DNA of 51,601 nucleotides from Campylobacteraceae bacterium (lineage in GTDB: Bacteria > Campylobacterota > Campylobacteria > Campylobacterales > BB28), in assembly GCA_016744535.1 (NCBI GenBank), contig JADGEE010000007.1, positions 1 through 51,601 on the forward strand. The letters run 5' to 3'. Of the stretch, positions 30,317 to 39,693 are shown piece by piece; the stretch's first letter is position 1, and each line of letters starts with the position of its first letter. A program made the position numbers and the translations under genes. The notes beneath the pieces were generated by a model. That model was not told where the DNA came from and did no database searches. It saw only the letters and a list, made by a program, of their open reading frames with translations.

Positions 30317-31513
30317 TTGGAAAAAGATTTGCAAAATATAAAAATATTAATTGTTGAAAATAGTGAAGATGCAAGAAAATTTTATTTAGATTTATTAAAA
30401 AAATACAATTTTAATGTATATGAAGCATCAAATGCTAAAGAGGGAATTGAAAGTTATAAAAAAAATTTACCTGATATTATAATAACTGATATTATTATGC
30501 CTGAAATGAGTGGATTTGAGTTAATAGCAAAAGTTAAACAAATTAATAAAAATACTTCAATTATTATTATAAGTGCATTTGAGAGTATAGAAATTTTACA
30601 TCAAGCAATTGATTTAGAAGTATGTAAATTTATTAAAAAACCTATACATTGGGATAAGCTTTTAAATGCTATTGAAATGTTATCTAAAGATATTAAGTCA
30701 AAAAAACTCATAAAATTTCAAAAAAACTTGATAGAAAAACAAAAAAAGATTCTTGAAAATAGAGTTGAAAATGAAATTGAAAAAAATCAAGAAAAAGAGA
30801 GTTTAATGTTTCAACAATCTAGGTATGCTCAAATGGGTGAAATGCTATCAATGATAGCACATCAGTGGCGACAACCTTTAAATGCTATAAGTGCTTCTGC
30901 TATGAATATTGAGATAGAAAACTCCTTTGGAGAATTGACTGAAGAAAGCATTGAGAGTAATATTAAATTTATTCATAATCAAATTCAAAATATGTCAAAT
31001 ATAATAAATGACTTTATGAACTTTTTTAAAGTGGAAAAAGAGAGTCTAGAATTTACTATCACATCTTTAATGAAAGGAATTGAAGATTTAATAGGAGCTC
31101 AATTTAGAAGCAGAGGAATTGAATTAATTTTAAATTTCAAAGAAGATATAACTCTTAATAGTTATAAAAAAGAGATAATACATATATTAATAAATTTAAT
31201 TATAAATTCAAGAGACGCATTTGATGATATGGATATTAAAAAAAATAAAATAGTGACACTGAATTTTAAAGATAAAAGAGATACTTTTGAGATAGCTATA
31301 ATAGATAATGCTGGTGGAATTGATGAAAATATAATAGATAGGATATTTGAGCCTTACTTTACAACAAAAGAGCAAGGTAAAGGGACTGGGATTGGACTTT
31401 ATATGACAAGAAGTATAATTGAAAAAAATTTATCTGGTGAAATTAGTGTTAGAAATATAGATAGCAAAAATGGAAAAGGTGTCTGCTTTATAGTAGAAAT
31501 TCCCAAAGGATGA
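30317..31513 (+). CDS. Hybrid receiver-histidine kinase
   Basis: REC domain (IITDIIMP, KP), H-box IAHQWRQPL, DNAGG, FTTK and GTGIGL. Confidence 0.9.
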   Translation: MEKDLQNIKILIVENSEDARKFYLDLLKKYNFNVYEASNAKEGIESYKKNLPDIIITDIIMPEMSGFELIAKVKQINKNTSIIIISAFESIEILHQAIDLEVCKFIKKPIHWDKLLNAIEMLSKDIKSKKLIKFQKNLIEKQKKILENRVENEIEKNQEKESLMFQQSRYAQMGEMLSMIAHQWRQPLNAISASAMNIEIENSFGELTEESIESNIKFIHNQIQNMSNIINDFMNFFKVEKESLEFTITSLMKGIEDLIGAQFRSRGIELILNFKEDITLNSYKKEIIHILINLIINSRDAFDDMDIKKNKIVTLNFKDKRDTFEIAIIDNAGGIDENIIDRIFEPYFTTKEQGKGTGIGLYMTRSIIEKNLSGEISVRNIDSKNGKGVCFIVEIPKG

Positions 31514-31516
31514 AAT

Positions 31517-33214
31517 TTGCTTGATATGAAAAAATTAAAACATTTAGGAGAAGAGTTTAGAGTCTTATATGTTGAAGATGAAGACAATGTAAGAGTACAA
31601 ACTCATATGCTCCTAGAAAAATTTTTTAAAGAAGTAACTTCTGCCTCAAATGGATTAGAAGGATTAAATTATTTTAAAGAATCGAAATTTGATTTAATTA
31701 TAACTGACATTATGATGCCTAAAATGAATGGCTTTAAAATGATTGAAGAGATTAGAAAAATAGATTATTCTCAAAAAATTTTAATAACTTCAGCATATCA
31801 AGAGATAGACTATTTTTTAGAAGCTATTAAATATACAGTAGATGGATATATTTTAAAACCAATCGAGACAAAACAATTTTTATTAGCGATTCAAAAAGTT
31901 TGTATGAATTTAAGAGATAACATAGATAATAAAAATTACAAATTAAAGCTTGAAGAGATGGTCAAAGATAAAACTTTTGAACTTCAAGAGAAATCAGAAG
32001 AGTTACAAAAAGAGTTAATAAAAGATTCTCTTACAACTTTATATTCAAAGCGTAAATTAAGTGAAGATTTAAAAAAAAATGAACTCTATGTTATGGCTTT
32101 AATAAATATAGATAATTTTTCAAAAATAAATTTAACTTATGGTTACTCAATAGGAGATAAACTCTTAAAATATATAGCTCTATTTTTAAGAGATAAATTA
32201 ATTTCAAATTCAACTATTTATAGATTTAATTCAGATGAATTTATATATCTATTTTCAAATTCAAATTTAGATAAAGTTGAAAAATTTATAGATACTCTAA
32301 GAGTTGAATTTTTTAAGAGAGAATTTAAAATAGAAAATTTAACTTTTAAACTCTCTTTTACTGCATCAATAGTTCAAACAGATGGAAAAAAATTAATCTC
32401 TAAAGCTGAAGTTGGTTTAGAAAAAGCTAGATTAATAGGGAAAAATAGAATAATTGTATTTAGTGGAGATGAGGAGTTAGAGAGAGAATTAAAAACAAAT
32501 TTATATTGGATGCGTAAAGTAAACTCTTCACTTGAATATGACTTAATTACGCCATTTTATCAACCAATTGTCAATAATAAAACTCTGAAAATTGAAAAAT
32601 ATGAAGTGTTAGCTAGAATCGTTGAAGATGATAAAATAATTGAGCCATACTTCTTTTTAACTCCAGCCAAAGTTGTTGGGTTAATTCCAGATATTACAAA
32701 AGTAATAATAGAGAAAAGTTTTAAATATTTTGATAATAGAGATATATCATTTTCAATAAATATTACTGAAATTGACTTAAAAGAGAATTATCTACTTGAA
32801 ATATTTAAAGAATTTTTTAAAATATATAATATAAAACCCTCAAATGTAATTCTTGAAATACTTGAAGATATAAGCGTTTTTAGTTCGCCTGAAACTATAA
32901 AACAGATAAATAAATTAAAAGAGATGGGAATTTTAATCTCATTAGATGATTTTGGTGCAGAGAAAGCAAACTTTTCAAGAATACTAGATTTAAATGTAAA
33001 TTTTATAAAAATAGATGAGCTTTTTATTAAAAATATTGCTCTTAATAAAAAAAGTTTGATTATAACTAAGGCAATTGTATATATGGCAAAAGAGTTTAAT
33101 ATTCAGACAATAGCCGAATATGTCCATAATAGAGAAACTTTTGAAGTTGTTAGAGATTTAGGGGTCGATTTTTCACAAGGCTACTACTTTTCTAAACCAA
33201 AGCCTAATATTTAA
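31517..33214 (+). CDS. REC-GGDEF(degenerate)-EAL protein, probable c-di-GMP phosphodiesterase
   Basis: REC domain; NSDEF replaces GGDEF; EVLAR, LDDFG, IKID, AEYV and QGYYF. Confidence 0.88.
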   Translation: MLDMKKLKHLGEEFRVLYVEDEDNVRVQTHMLLEKFFKEVTSASNGLEGLNYFKESKFDLIITDIMMPKMNGFKMIEEIRKIDYSQKILITSAYQEIDYFLEAIKYTVDGYILKPIETKQFLLAIQKVCMNLRDNIDNKNYKLKLEEMVKDKTFELQEKSEELQKELIKDSLTTLYSKRKLSEDLKKNELYVMALINIDNFSKINLTYGYSIGDKLLKYIALFLRDKLISNSTIYRFNSDEFIYLFSNSNLDKVEKFIDTLRVEFFKREFKIENLTFKLSFTASIVQTDGKKLISKAEVGLEKARLIGKNRIIVFSGDEELERELKTNLYWMRKVNSSLEYDLITPFYQPIVNNKTLKIEKYEVLARIVEDDKIIEPYFFLTPAKVVGLIPDITKVIIEKSFKYFDNRDISFSINITEIDLKENYLLEIFKEFFKIYNIKPSNVILEILEDISVFSSPETIKQINKLKEMGILISLDDFGAEKANFSRILDLNVNFIKIDELFIKNIALNKKSLIITKAIVYMAKEFNIQTIAEYVHNRETFEVVRDLGVDFSQGYYFSKPKPNI

Positions 33215-33223
33215 AGTTAAAAT

Positions 33224-33886
33224 ATGAATAAAGTTGTTTTTCCATCAGTAGAAAATGCTCCTAAAGATTTACCTCTTGCTTTGGGTGGAGATTTAAATCC
33301 AAATACATTAATATCAGCTTACTCACAAGGAATTTTTCCTTGGTATAATGAAAATGAGCCAATTTTATGGTGGTCACCTGAACCTAGACTAGTTCTATAT
33401 TTAAATGATTTAAGAATCAATAAAAGCTTAAAAAAAACTATTAAAAATAATAAATTTGAAATTAAATTTGATACAAATTTTAAAAAAGTTATAAAAGAGT
33501 GTGCAAAAATACCTAGAAAAACACAAGATGGAACTTGGATACAAGAAGAAATAATAGAAGCTTATAGTGAACTATATGAGTTAGGTTATGCCCATTCAGT
33601 AGAATCTTATTTAAATGGAGAGTTAGTTGGAGGACTTTATGGAGTCTCTTTAGGGAAAACTTTTTTTGGAGAATCTATGTTTGCAAAAGTGAGTGACGCT
33701 TCTAAAGTTGCATTTGTTGAATTAGTCGAAAAGTTAAAAAAGTGGGAGTTTGATTTTATAGATTGTCAAGTTCCAACAGAGCATTTAAAATCACTTGGGG
33801 CAGTTGAAATTTCAAGAGAAAAATTTTTAAAAGAGTTAAAAATTGCTTTAAATAAAACATCTCATATAAATAAATGGAAAATATAA
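33224..33886 (+). CDS. aat: Leucyl/phenylalanyl-tRNA-protein transferase
   Basis: AYSQGIFPW, WWSPEPR, TWI, AHSVE, GGLYG and FGESMF. Confidence 0.95.
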   Translation: MNKVVFPSVENAPKDLPLALGGDLNPNTLISAYSQGIFPWYNENEPILWWSPEPRLVLYLNDLRINKSLKKTIKNNKFEIKFDTNFKKVIKECAKIPRKTQDGTWIQEEIIEAYSELYELGYAHSVESYLNGELVGGLYGVSLGKTFFGESMFAKVSDASKVAFVELVEKLKKWEFDFIDCQVPTEHLKSLGAVEISREKFLKELKIALNKTSHINKWKI

Positions 33887-33897
33887 ATTTTTTTACT

Positions 33898-33925
33898 TTG
33901 CTTTTGTACTAAGTAGTGCTATAAT
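33898..33925 (+). promoter_or_regulatory. sigma70 promoter of tetR (TTGCTT-N16-TATAAT with TG extension) overlapped by a degenerate operator
   Basis: TGCTATAAT at 33917-33925; TTTTGTACTA-AG-TAGTGC at 33902-33919 matches the palindrome at 34548. Confidence 0.65.
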
Positions 33926-33931
33926 TAATTT

Positions 33932-34534
33932 ATGGCAAAAAAATCTATAAAAAACAGTATCGGAAGACCTAAAACATTTGATAGAGATGAAGTTATTAAA
34001 TTAGCAATGAATCACTTTTGGGAAAATGGTTATGAGAGTAGTCTTGATGATTTATTAGTTGCAATGGGAATAAAAAAGAGTAGTTTTTATAGAACATTTA
34101 AATCAAAAGAGGAAATTTTTTCTTTATCACTACATCTATACAGAGAAGAGACTTTTAATTTATTAACTGAATTAAAAAGTGAAATAGGTACGAAAAAAGC
34201 TTTAATTTTTTTAATTAAAGAGAGTGTTGAACAGTTAAAAAATAGCGGGAAAATAAAAGGTTGTTTGTTAATGAATTCTGGAAAAGAGTGTTATTTAAAA
34301 TATAATGAACTTAGTAGACAGATTCATATAGAGCTTAATGCTTTTACTAAATTTATTACAAAATTTATAGATGAAGCCCAACAGAAAAATGAGATTTCAA
34401 ATAAAATTAATTCAGAAAAATTGTCTATAAGATTTTTAACTCTTTATAGTGGAATTATGATAATGTTACAAGCTGGAAGTGATATTAAAATTATAGATGA
34501 TTTAATACTTTATGTTGAAGATTTATTGAGTTAG
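33932..34534 (+). CDS. TetR/AcrR family transcriptional regulator
   Basis: GRPKTFD, FWENGY, SFYRTFKSKEE HTH and GCL in the C-domain. Confidence 0.92.
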   Translation: MAKKSIKNSIGRPKTFDRDEVIKLAMNHFWENGYESSLDDLLVAMGIKKSSFYRTFKSKEEIFSLSLHLYREETFNLLTELKSEIGTKKALIFLIKESVEQLKNSGKIKGCLLMNSGKECYLKYNELSRQIHIELNAFTKFITKFIDEAQQKNEISNKINSEKLSIRFLTLYSGIMIMLQAGSDIKIIDDLILYVEDLLS

Positions 34535-34547
34535 TTTTTTTTGTTTA

Positions 34548-34571
34548 ATTTTGTACTAAATAGTACAAAAT
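34548..34571. promoter_or_regulatory. Probable TetR operator, perfect palindrome ATTTTGTACTA-AA-TAGTACAAAAT
   Basis: 11-bp arms; a second copy overlaps the tetR promoter. Confidence 0.75.
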
Positions 34572-34596
34572 AATTAATTTAAAAAAAGGAATAAAA

Positions 34597-35154
34597 ATGA
34601 AAAATATACTTATAATTGTAGCAAATCCAAAAAAAGAGAGTTTATCTTTTGCAATAGCAAATAAATATAAAGAGTTGTCATTAGAGCATAATAATAGTGT
34701 AGAGATATTAGATTTATATAGAGATGAGAATCAACAACCATTTTTTACATATATAGATAATCCTTATGCGAGGGAAGCTACAAAAGAGATGAAATATTAT
34801 CAAGGAAAAATTTCAAAAGCAGATGAAATTGTATTTATATTTCCATATTGGTGGGGAAGTATGCCAGCTATTTTAAAAAATTTTTTTGATTGGAATTTAT
34901 CTATGGGATTTGCTGCAAAATTTATAGATGGAAAACCAAAAGGACTTTTAACTAATAAAAATGTCAAAGTTTTTACAACAACTGGAACACCATATTTTTT
35001 ATATATGCTAACTGGAGCAAATAGAAGATTAAAAAATATGTTTAAAAAGGAAATTATAGAGTTTTGTGGGATGAAACTTGAAAAATTTAATATATTTGGT
35101 GGAGTTGATACTAATTTAAAAGATATTAACAAAATATTTAAAAAAATTAAATAG
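34597..35154 (+). CDS. NAD(P)H-dependent oxidoreductase, flavodoxin-like fold (quinone reductase family)
   Basis: ANP..ESLS, FP.WWGSMPAILKNFFD and TTTG. Confidence 0.88.
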   Translation: MKNILIIVANPKKESLSFAIANKYKELSLEHNNSVEILDLYRDENQQPFFTYIDNPYAREATKEMKYYQGKISKADEIVFIFPYWWGSMPAILKNFFDWNLSMGFAAKFIDGKPKGLLTNKNVKVFTTTGTPYFLYMLTGANRRLKNMFKKEIIEFCGMKLEKFNIFGGVDTNLKDINKIFKKIK

Positions 35155-35170
35155 TAAAATATTAGTTATA

Positions 35171-35199
35171 ATTTGATATAATAAAATATTATATCAAAT
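35171..35199. promoter_or_regulatory. Perfect inverted repeat ATTTGATATAATA-AAA-TATTATATCAAAT containing TGnTATAAT on both strands
   Basis: 13-bp arms and 3-bp spacer, 14 bp upstream of the kinase start. Confidence 0.6.
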
Positions 35200-35212
35200 A
35201 AAGGTCTAAGAG

Positions 35213-37408
35213 ATGAATGAAGAGAGGCTCTACTCAAAATTATTAAAAAGAAAAGTATTATTAACTATTTTTTTATTAATGTTTATACTACTTAGTATTA
35301 TATTCTCTTTTTTACTTTATAATGAAACTAAATTTACAAAAGAAGTAGAAAGTGCATTTAATAAAGGCTTAGATGGTATTGTTGAACATATTGTAAAAGA
35401 ACATATTATTGATACATATATGTTCAAAGCTAATGAAATATTAGAGATTCCTAAAGTAAAAGAGTATTTAAAAATAAGAGATAGAAAAAGCCTCCATAAG
35501 TTAGTAAACCCTCTGTGGAAGAGAATGACTAAAAAAAATCCATATTTAAAAATTATGCTTTTTCACTCACCTGATGGAAAAGCATTTTTAAGAATGCATA
35601 AACCTAAAACCTTTGGAGATAAGTTATCAAATATAAGAAAAATGATTAAAGAAATTCATAAAGAGAGGAGAGTTTTAATTGGTTATGAGACTGGAAAATA
35701 TAGCACAGTTTATCGAATCATAGTCCCAATTTTTGATAAAAATGAATATTTAGGAGCATTGGACTTTGGTATCAACCCAAATTATTTTATTGAAAAATTA
35801 AATAAAACTATAGAAGGAGAGGGAGTATTATTTGTAAATAAAAAAGATTTAAAACTATTTAAAAGAGATTTTAACTTCTCTATTGGAGATTATCAACTTC
35901 AAAGCACTTCAACTAAACAGATTTTACTTTTACTTAATTATGTAAAAAAACATTGTAATTCTCTCTTGATAGATAATTATAGATGTAAAATTAATGGTAA
36001 TTATTATATTGTACATATAAAAAATTTAACTGGTTTTAAAGGCGAAATAAAGGCGAAATTACTCTTTTTTCAAGATATTACAGAACATAAAAAATTCTAT
36101 AATAGTGCTGTTTTTTATATAATCACCTCTGCTTGGATTCTATTAATAGTAATATTCATTATTTTAAATTACTCATTTAACTACTTTATTAGTAAATTAA
36201 AAAAATTACATAACATCAGTATGGAAAAAGAGAAAGAAGCTAAAAAAAAGTTAATATTTAAAGAAAAATATTTAAAAACTATTTTAGATAGTAATGAAAA
36301 TATAATTATAACTACAATCGAAGGTGAAGAGTTAGATAGAGCAAATAGTATATTTTTTGAATTTTTTAACTATAAAAATATAGAGGAATTTAAAAAAAAG
36401 CATAGTTGCATTTGTGACTTTTTTGAAGCTGAAAAAGATTATGTTACAAAATATGTGAATAGTCAAAATTGGCTGAAATACATACTAAACAATAGAGATA
36501 AAACTCATAAAGTTTTAATGAAAAAAGATAATCAAAATTATATTTTCAAAGTAAATGCAAATTTAATGGAATTTGATGAAAAATCTAGAAGTGTTGTAAG
36601 TTTTACTGATATTACAGAAATTGAAGAGTATAAAGAGAGCTTAGAAAATAGAGTTAAAAATGAGATAGAAAAGAGAAGAAAACAAGAGCAATTATTAATT
36701 CAACAATCTAAAATGTCATCTCTTGCAGAGATAATGAGCAGTATTGCACATCAATGGCGTCAACCATTAAATGTCATAGGTTTAGCTATTCAAGGTCTTA
36801 ATATAAAGATTGACTTAGAAGAAAAAATTACAGAAGAGGATGTAGATGATTTAAATGAAAGTGTAATGAAGCAAATTAAATATATGTCAAATACAATTGA
36901 TGACTTTAGAAACTTTTTTAGACCCTCAAAAGGGAAAAAAGAGTTTGATATTAAAAAAGCCATTTTAAATGTAGAACATTTAATAAAAGCTCAATTAGAA
37001 AATAATTCTATTAATATTTATTTTGAATTTAATGAAAAAAATAGTTTTTTAGTTTTGGGTTATGCAAATGAGTTTGAGCATATAATTTTAAATATTATCT
37101 CAAATGCAAAAGATGCAATTGAATCTCAAATTAAAAAAGATAAAATAGTAGATAATGGATTAATTCAAATTAAATTAAATTACTTAGAATCTAAAGCAGT
37201 TATAGAGATAATAGATAATGGTGGTGGAATTAAAGATGAGATAATAGATAAAATTTTTGATCCATACTTTACTACTAAATTTGAAGCAATGGGAACAGGA
37301 ATTGGGTTATATATGGCAAAAATAATGATTGAAAAAAATATGAGAGGCAAAATTTATGCTCAAAACTTTGAAAGTGGTTCTAAATTTATAATTGAAATTC
37401 AAAAGTAA
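35213..37408 (+). CDS. Membrane sensor histidine kinase (Cache-like periplasmic domain, PAS-like linker)
   Basis: Two TMs, FLRMHKP..FGD, IAHQWRQPL, DNGGG and GTGIGL. Confidence 0.9.
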   Translation: MNEERLYSKLLKRKVLLTIFLLMFILLSIIFSFLLYNETKFTKEVESAFNKGLDGIVEHIVKEHIIDTYMFKANEILEIPKVKEYLKIRDRKSLHKLVNPLWKRMTKKNPYLKIMLFHSPDGKAFLRMHKPKTFGDKLSNIRKMIKEIHKERRVLIGYETGKYSTVYRIIVPIFDKNEYLGALDFGINPNYFIEKLNKTIEGEGVLFVNKKDLKLFKRDFNFSIGDYQLQSTSTKQILLLLNYVKKHCNSLLIDNYRCKINGNYYIVHIKNLTGFKGEIKAKLLFFQDITEHKKFYNSAVFYIITSAWILLIVIFIILNYSFNYFISKLKKLHNISMEKEKEAKKKLIFKEKYLKTILDSNENIIITTIEGEELDRANSIFFEFFNYKNIEEFKKKHSCICDFFEAEKDYVTKYVNSQNWLKYILNNRDKTHKVLMKKDNQNYIFKVNANLMEFDEKSRSVVSFTDITEIEEYKESLENRVKNEIEKRRKQEQLLIQQSKMSSLAEIMSSIAHQWRQPLNVIGLAIQGLNIKIDLEEKITEEDVDDLNESVMKQIKYMSNTIDDFRNFFRPSKGKKEFDIKKAILNVEHLIKAQLENNSINIYFEFNEKNSFLVLGYANEFEHIILNIISNAKDAIESQIKKDKIVDNGLIQIKLNYLESKAVIEIIDNGGGIKDEIIDKIFDPYFTTKFEAMGTGIGLYMAKIMIEKNMRGKIYAQNFESGSKFIIEIQK

Positions 37409-37410
37409 AA
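37375..37410 (+). repeat. 36-bp direct repeat, left copy (35/36 identical to 38661..38696)
   Basis: TGG(T/C)TCTAAATTTATAATTGAAATTCAAAAGTAAAA at the 3' ends of both kinases. Confidence 0.9.
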
Positions 37411-37470
37411 ATTTTAAATTATATTTTTCCTAATACTATTTTACTATCTTTTACTTAGTTAATAATATCT

Positions 37471-37489
37471 ATTGATAATCAATATCATT
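37471..37489. promoter_or_regulatory. Fur/PerR-box-like palindrome ATTGATAAT-C-AATATCATT
   Basis: Two mismatches to the 9-1-9 form AATGATAAT-N-ATTATCATT. The AT-rich background weakens significance. Confidence 0.4.
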
Positions 37490-37602
37490 ATTAATTATAG
37501 ATTAAGTTTAAAAAAGATAAAATTTTTTTTAAACTAAAAATAAGGTCTTTTTATGATAGATGCTGAAATAGGGAAAATTCCTTAATAAAATTAGGAAACA
37601 TT

Positions 37603-38694
37603 ATGAGTATTAAAAATTTTACAACTTCGTGTCATTTTCAATTTATATTTCAAAAGAGTAACTTAGGCATTACACTCTTGGATTTAGATGGAAATATTTT
37701 AGATGCAAATGAGAAATATTTAAAATTAATAAATTCAAATAAAGAAGATATTTTTAAAAAAAGTCTCTTTGAATTTATAGATAACACAAATATAGAGATA
37801 TTAAAAAAATCTTTTGATAAATTAATAGATAAAAAGAGTTTAACATTTAATATAGAATTAAAAAAAGCTATTACCAAAGATAATTTTTTATGGTTTGATG
37901 TTCACGGTTCATCCATAGAAGAGAGCGAAGAGATTAAATATATAGTTCTATTTTTAGAAGACATTACAGAAATTAAAAAATTAAAAGAGGAAAATTTAAA
38001 AAAAGAGCAAATATTAATACAACAACTAAAATTAGCTCAAATGGGAGAGATGATAGATGCCATAGCACACCAATGGAAACAGCCACTAAATATTATAACA
38101 ACCAATTTATTAAATTTTACACTTGAGTTAGAATTAAAAGATATTAAATTAAAAGGAGTAGGAGAGCTTAATAGTGAAATTTCATCCCAAATAAAACATA
38201 TGGTGGATACATTAGATAAGTTTAGAGGTTTTTTTAGACCAAATAAATATAGAACAAATTTTAATTTATTTAATATAATTCAAAATACAATAAATTTAGT
38301 TAAAGATGAATTTATAAAAGAAAATATTAATATAAAAATTATAGGCGATAAAAATTTAAATATATTTGGAGTAGAGACTGAATTTAAACATATTATATTA
38401 AATATTATCAATAATTCAAAAGATGCTTTTAAAGAACAAAAAATAGAAGATAAAAAAATAGTTTTTTATCTTAAAAAAAATATTAATATCGATATATTAG
38501 AAATTGAAGATAATGCAGGAGGAGTTCCTAAAAATATCGTAAATAAAATTTTTCAAGCTAACTTTACTACAAAAAAGAAAGGGACAGGAATAGGGCTTTA
38601 TATGAGTAAAAATATTATTGAGAGTATGAATGGAAAAATAAGTGTTAAAAATATTAAAAATGGCTCTAAATTTATAATTGAAATTCAAAAGTAA
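37603..38694 (+). CDS. Cytoplasmic PAS-domain histidine kinase
   Basis: PAS (LDLDGNILDAN...EDITE), IAHQWKQPL, DNAGG and GTGIGL. Confidence 0.9.
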   Translation: MSIKNFTTSCHFQFIFQKSNLGITLLDLDGNILDANEKYLKLINSNKEDIFKKSLFEFIDNTNIEILKKSFDKLIDKKSLTFNIELKKAITKDNFLWFDVHGSSIEESEEIKYIVLFLEDITEIKKLKEENLKKEQILIQQLKLAQMGEMIDAIAHQWKQPLNIITTNLLNFTLELELKDIKLKGVGELNSEISSQIKHMVDTLDKFRGFFRPNKYRTNFNLFNIIQNTINLVKDEFIKENINIKIIGDKNLNIFGVETEFKHIILNIINNSKDAFKEQKIEDKKIVFYLKKNINIDILEIEDNAGGVPKNIVNKIFQANFTTKKKGTGIGLYMSKNIIESMNGKISVKNIKNGSKFIIEIQK

Positions 38695-38696
38695 AA
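38661..38696 (+). repeat. 36-bp direct repeat, right copy
   Basis: Matches 37375..37410. Confidence 0.9.
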
Positions 38697-38769
38697 GTTA
38701 AAATTGTAAAAATAATCTTTTTCTGATATTATTTTGATTTAATAAAAACTATTTTTAGTAGGAAACTTA

Positions 38770-39690
38770 ATGGAAAAAGCAAAGTATATATGGATGGATG
38801 GAGAGCTAGTTAATTGGAACGATGCTAAAGTTCATATTTTAACTCATACACTCCATTATGGAAATGGTGTATTTGAGGGAACTAGAGCTTATAAAACTGA
38901 TAGAGGTTTAGCTATTTTTAGATTGAAAGAACACACACAGAGACTTTTAAATTCGGCTAAAATCACTATGATAAAATCGCCTTATAGTGTTAAAGAGTTA
39001 GAAAAAGCTCAAATTGAAGTATTAAAATCAAATAATTTTAAAGCTAATACTTATTTAAGACCGTTAATCTATTTAGGTTATGGTGTTATTGGTGTTCATC
39101 ATATAAAAGCCCCAGTAAATGTAGCGATTGCTGCGTGGGAATGGGGAAGTTATTTAGGTGATGAAGGACTTGAGAAAGGGATTAAAGTAAAAGTTAGCTC
39201 ATTTACTAGAAACTCAATTAAATCTACAATGGGTAAAGCAAAAGCTGCTGCAAATTATTTAAATTCTCAAATGGCAAAATTTGAAGCTATTAATGATGGA
39301 TATGAAGAAGCTTTACTGCTTGATGATAATGGATTTGTAGCAGAGGGAAGTGGAGAGTGTTTTTTTATTATTAGAGATGGAGTTTTAATAACTCCACCAA
39401 ATGATAACAGCTTAGAATCAATTACTCAAGATACAGTTTTAAAATTAGCTAATGATATGGGGATTGAGATTCAAAGAAGAAACATTACAAGAGATGAAGT
39501 TTATATTGCAGATGAAGCATTCTTTACAGGAACAGCCGCAGAGGTTACTCCTATTAAAGAGGTGGATGCAAGAGAAATTGGAAGTGGAAAACGAGGTGAA
39601 ATTACACAAAAACTTCAAAGTGCTTACTTTGATGTGGTGTATGGTCGAAATGAGAAGTATATAGATATGCTAACTTTTATAGAGGAGTAA
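38770..39690 (+). CDS. ilvE: Branched-chain amino acid aminotransferase
   Basis: LHYGNGVFEG, AKAAANY, EGSGE, LESIT and FTGTAAEVTP. Confidence 0.95.
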   Translation: MEKAKYIWMDGELVNWNDAKVHILTHTLHYGNGVFEGTRAYKTDRGLAIFRLKEHTQRLLNSAKITMIKSPYSVKELEKAQIEVLKSNNFKANTYLRPLIYLGYGVIGVHHIKAPVNVAIAAWEWGSYLGDEGLEKGIKVKVSSFTRNSIKSTMGKAKAAANYLNSQMAKFEAINDGYEEALLLDDNGFVAEGSGECFFIIRDGVLITPPNDNSLESITQDTVLKLANDMGIEIQRRNITRDEVYIADEAFFTGTAAEVTPIKEVDAREIGSGKRGEITQKLQSAYFDVVYGRNEKYIDMLTFIEE

Positions 39691-39693
39691 GAA

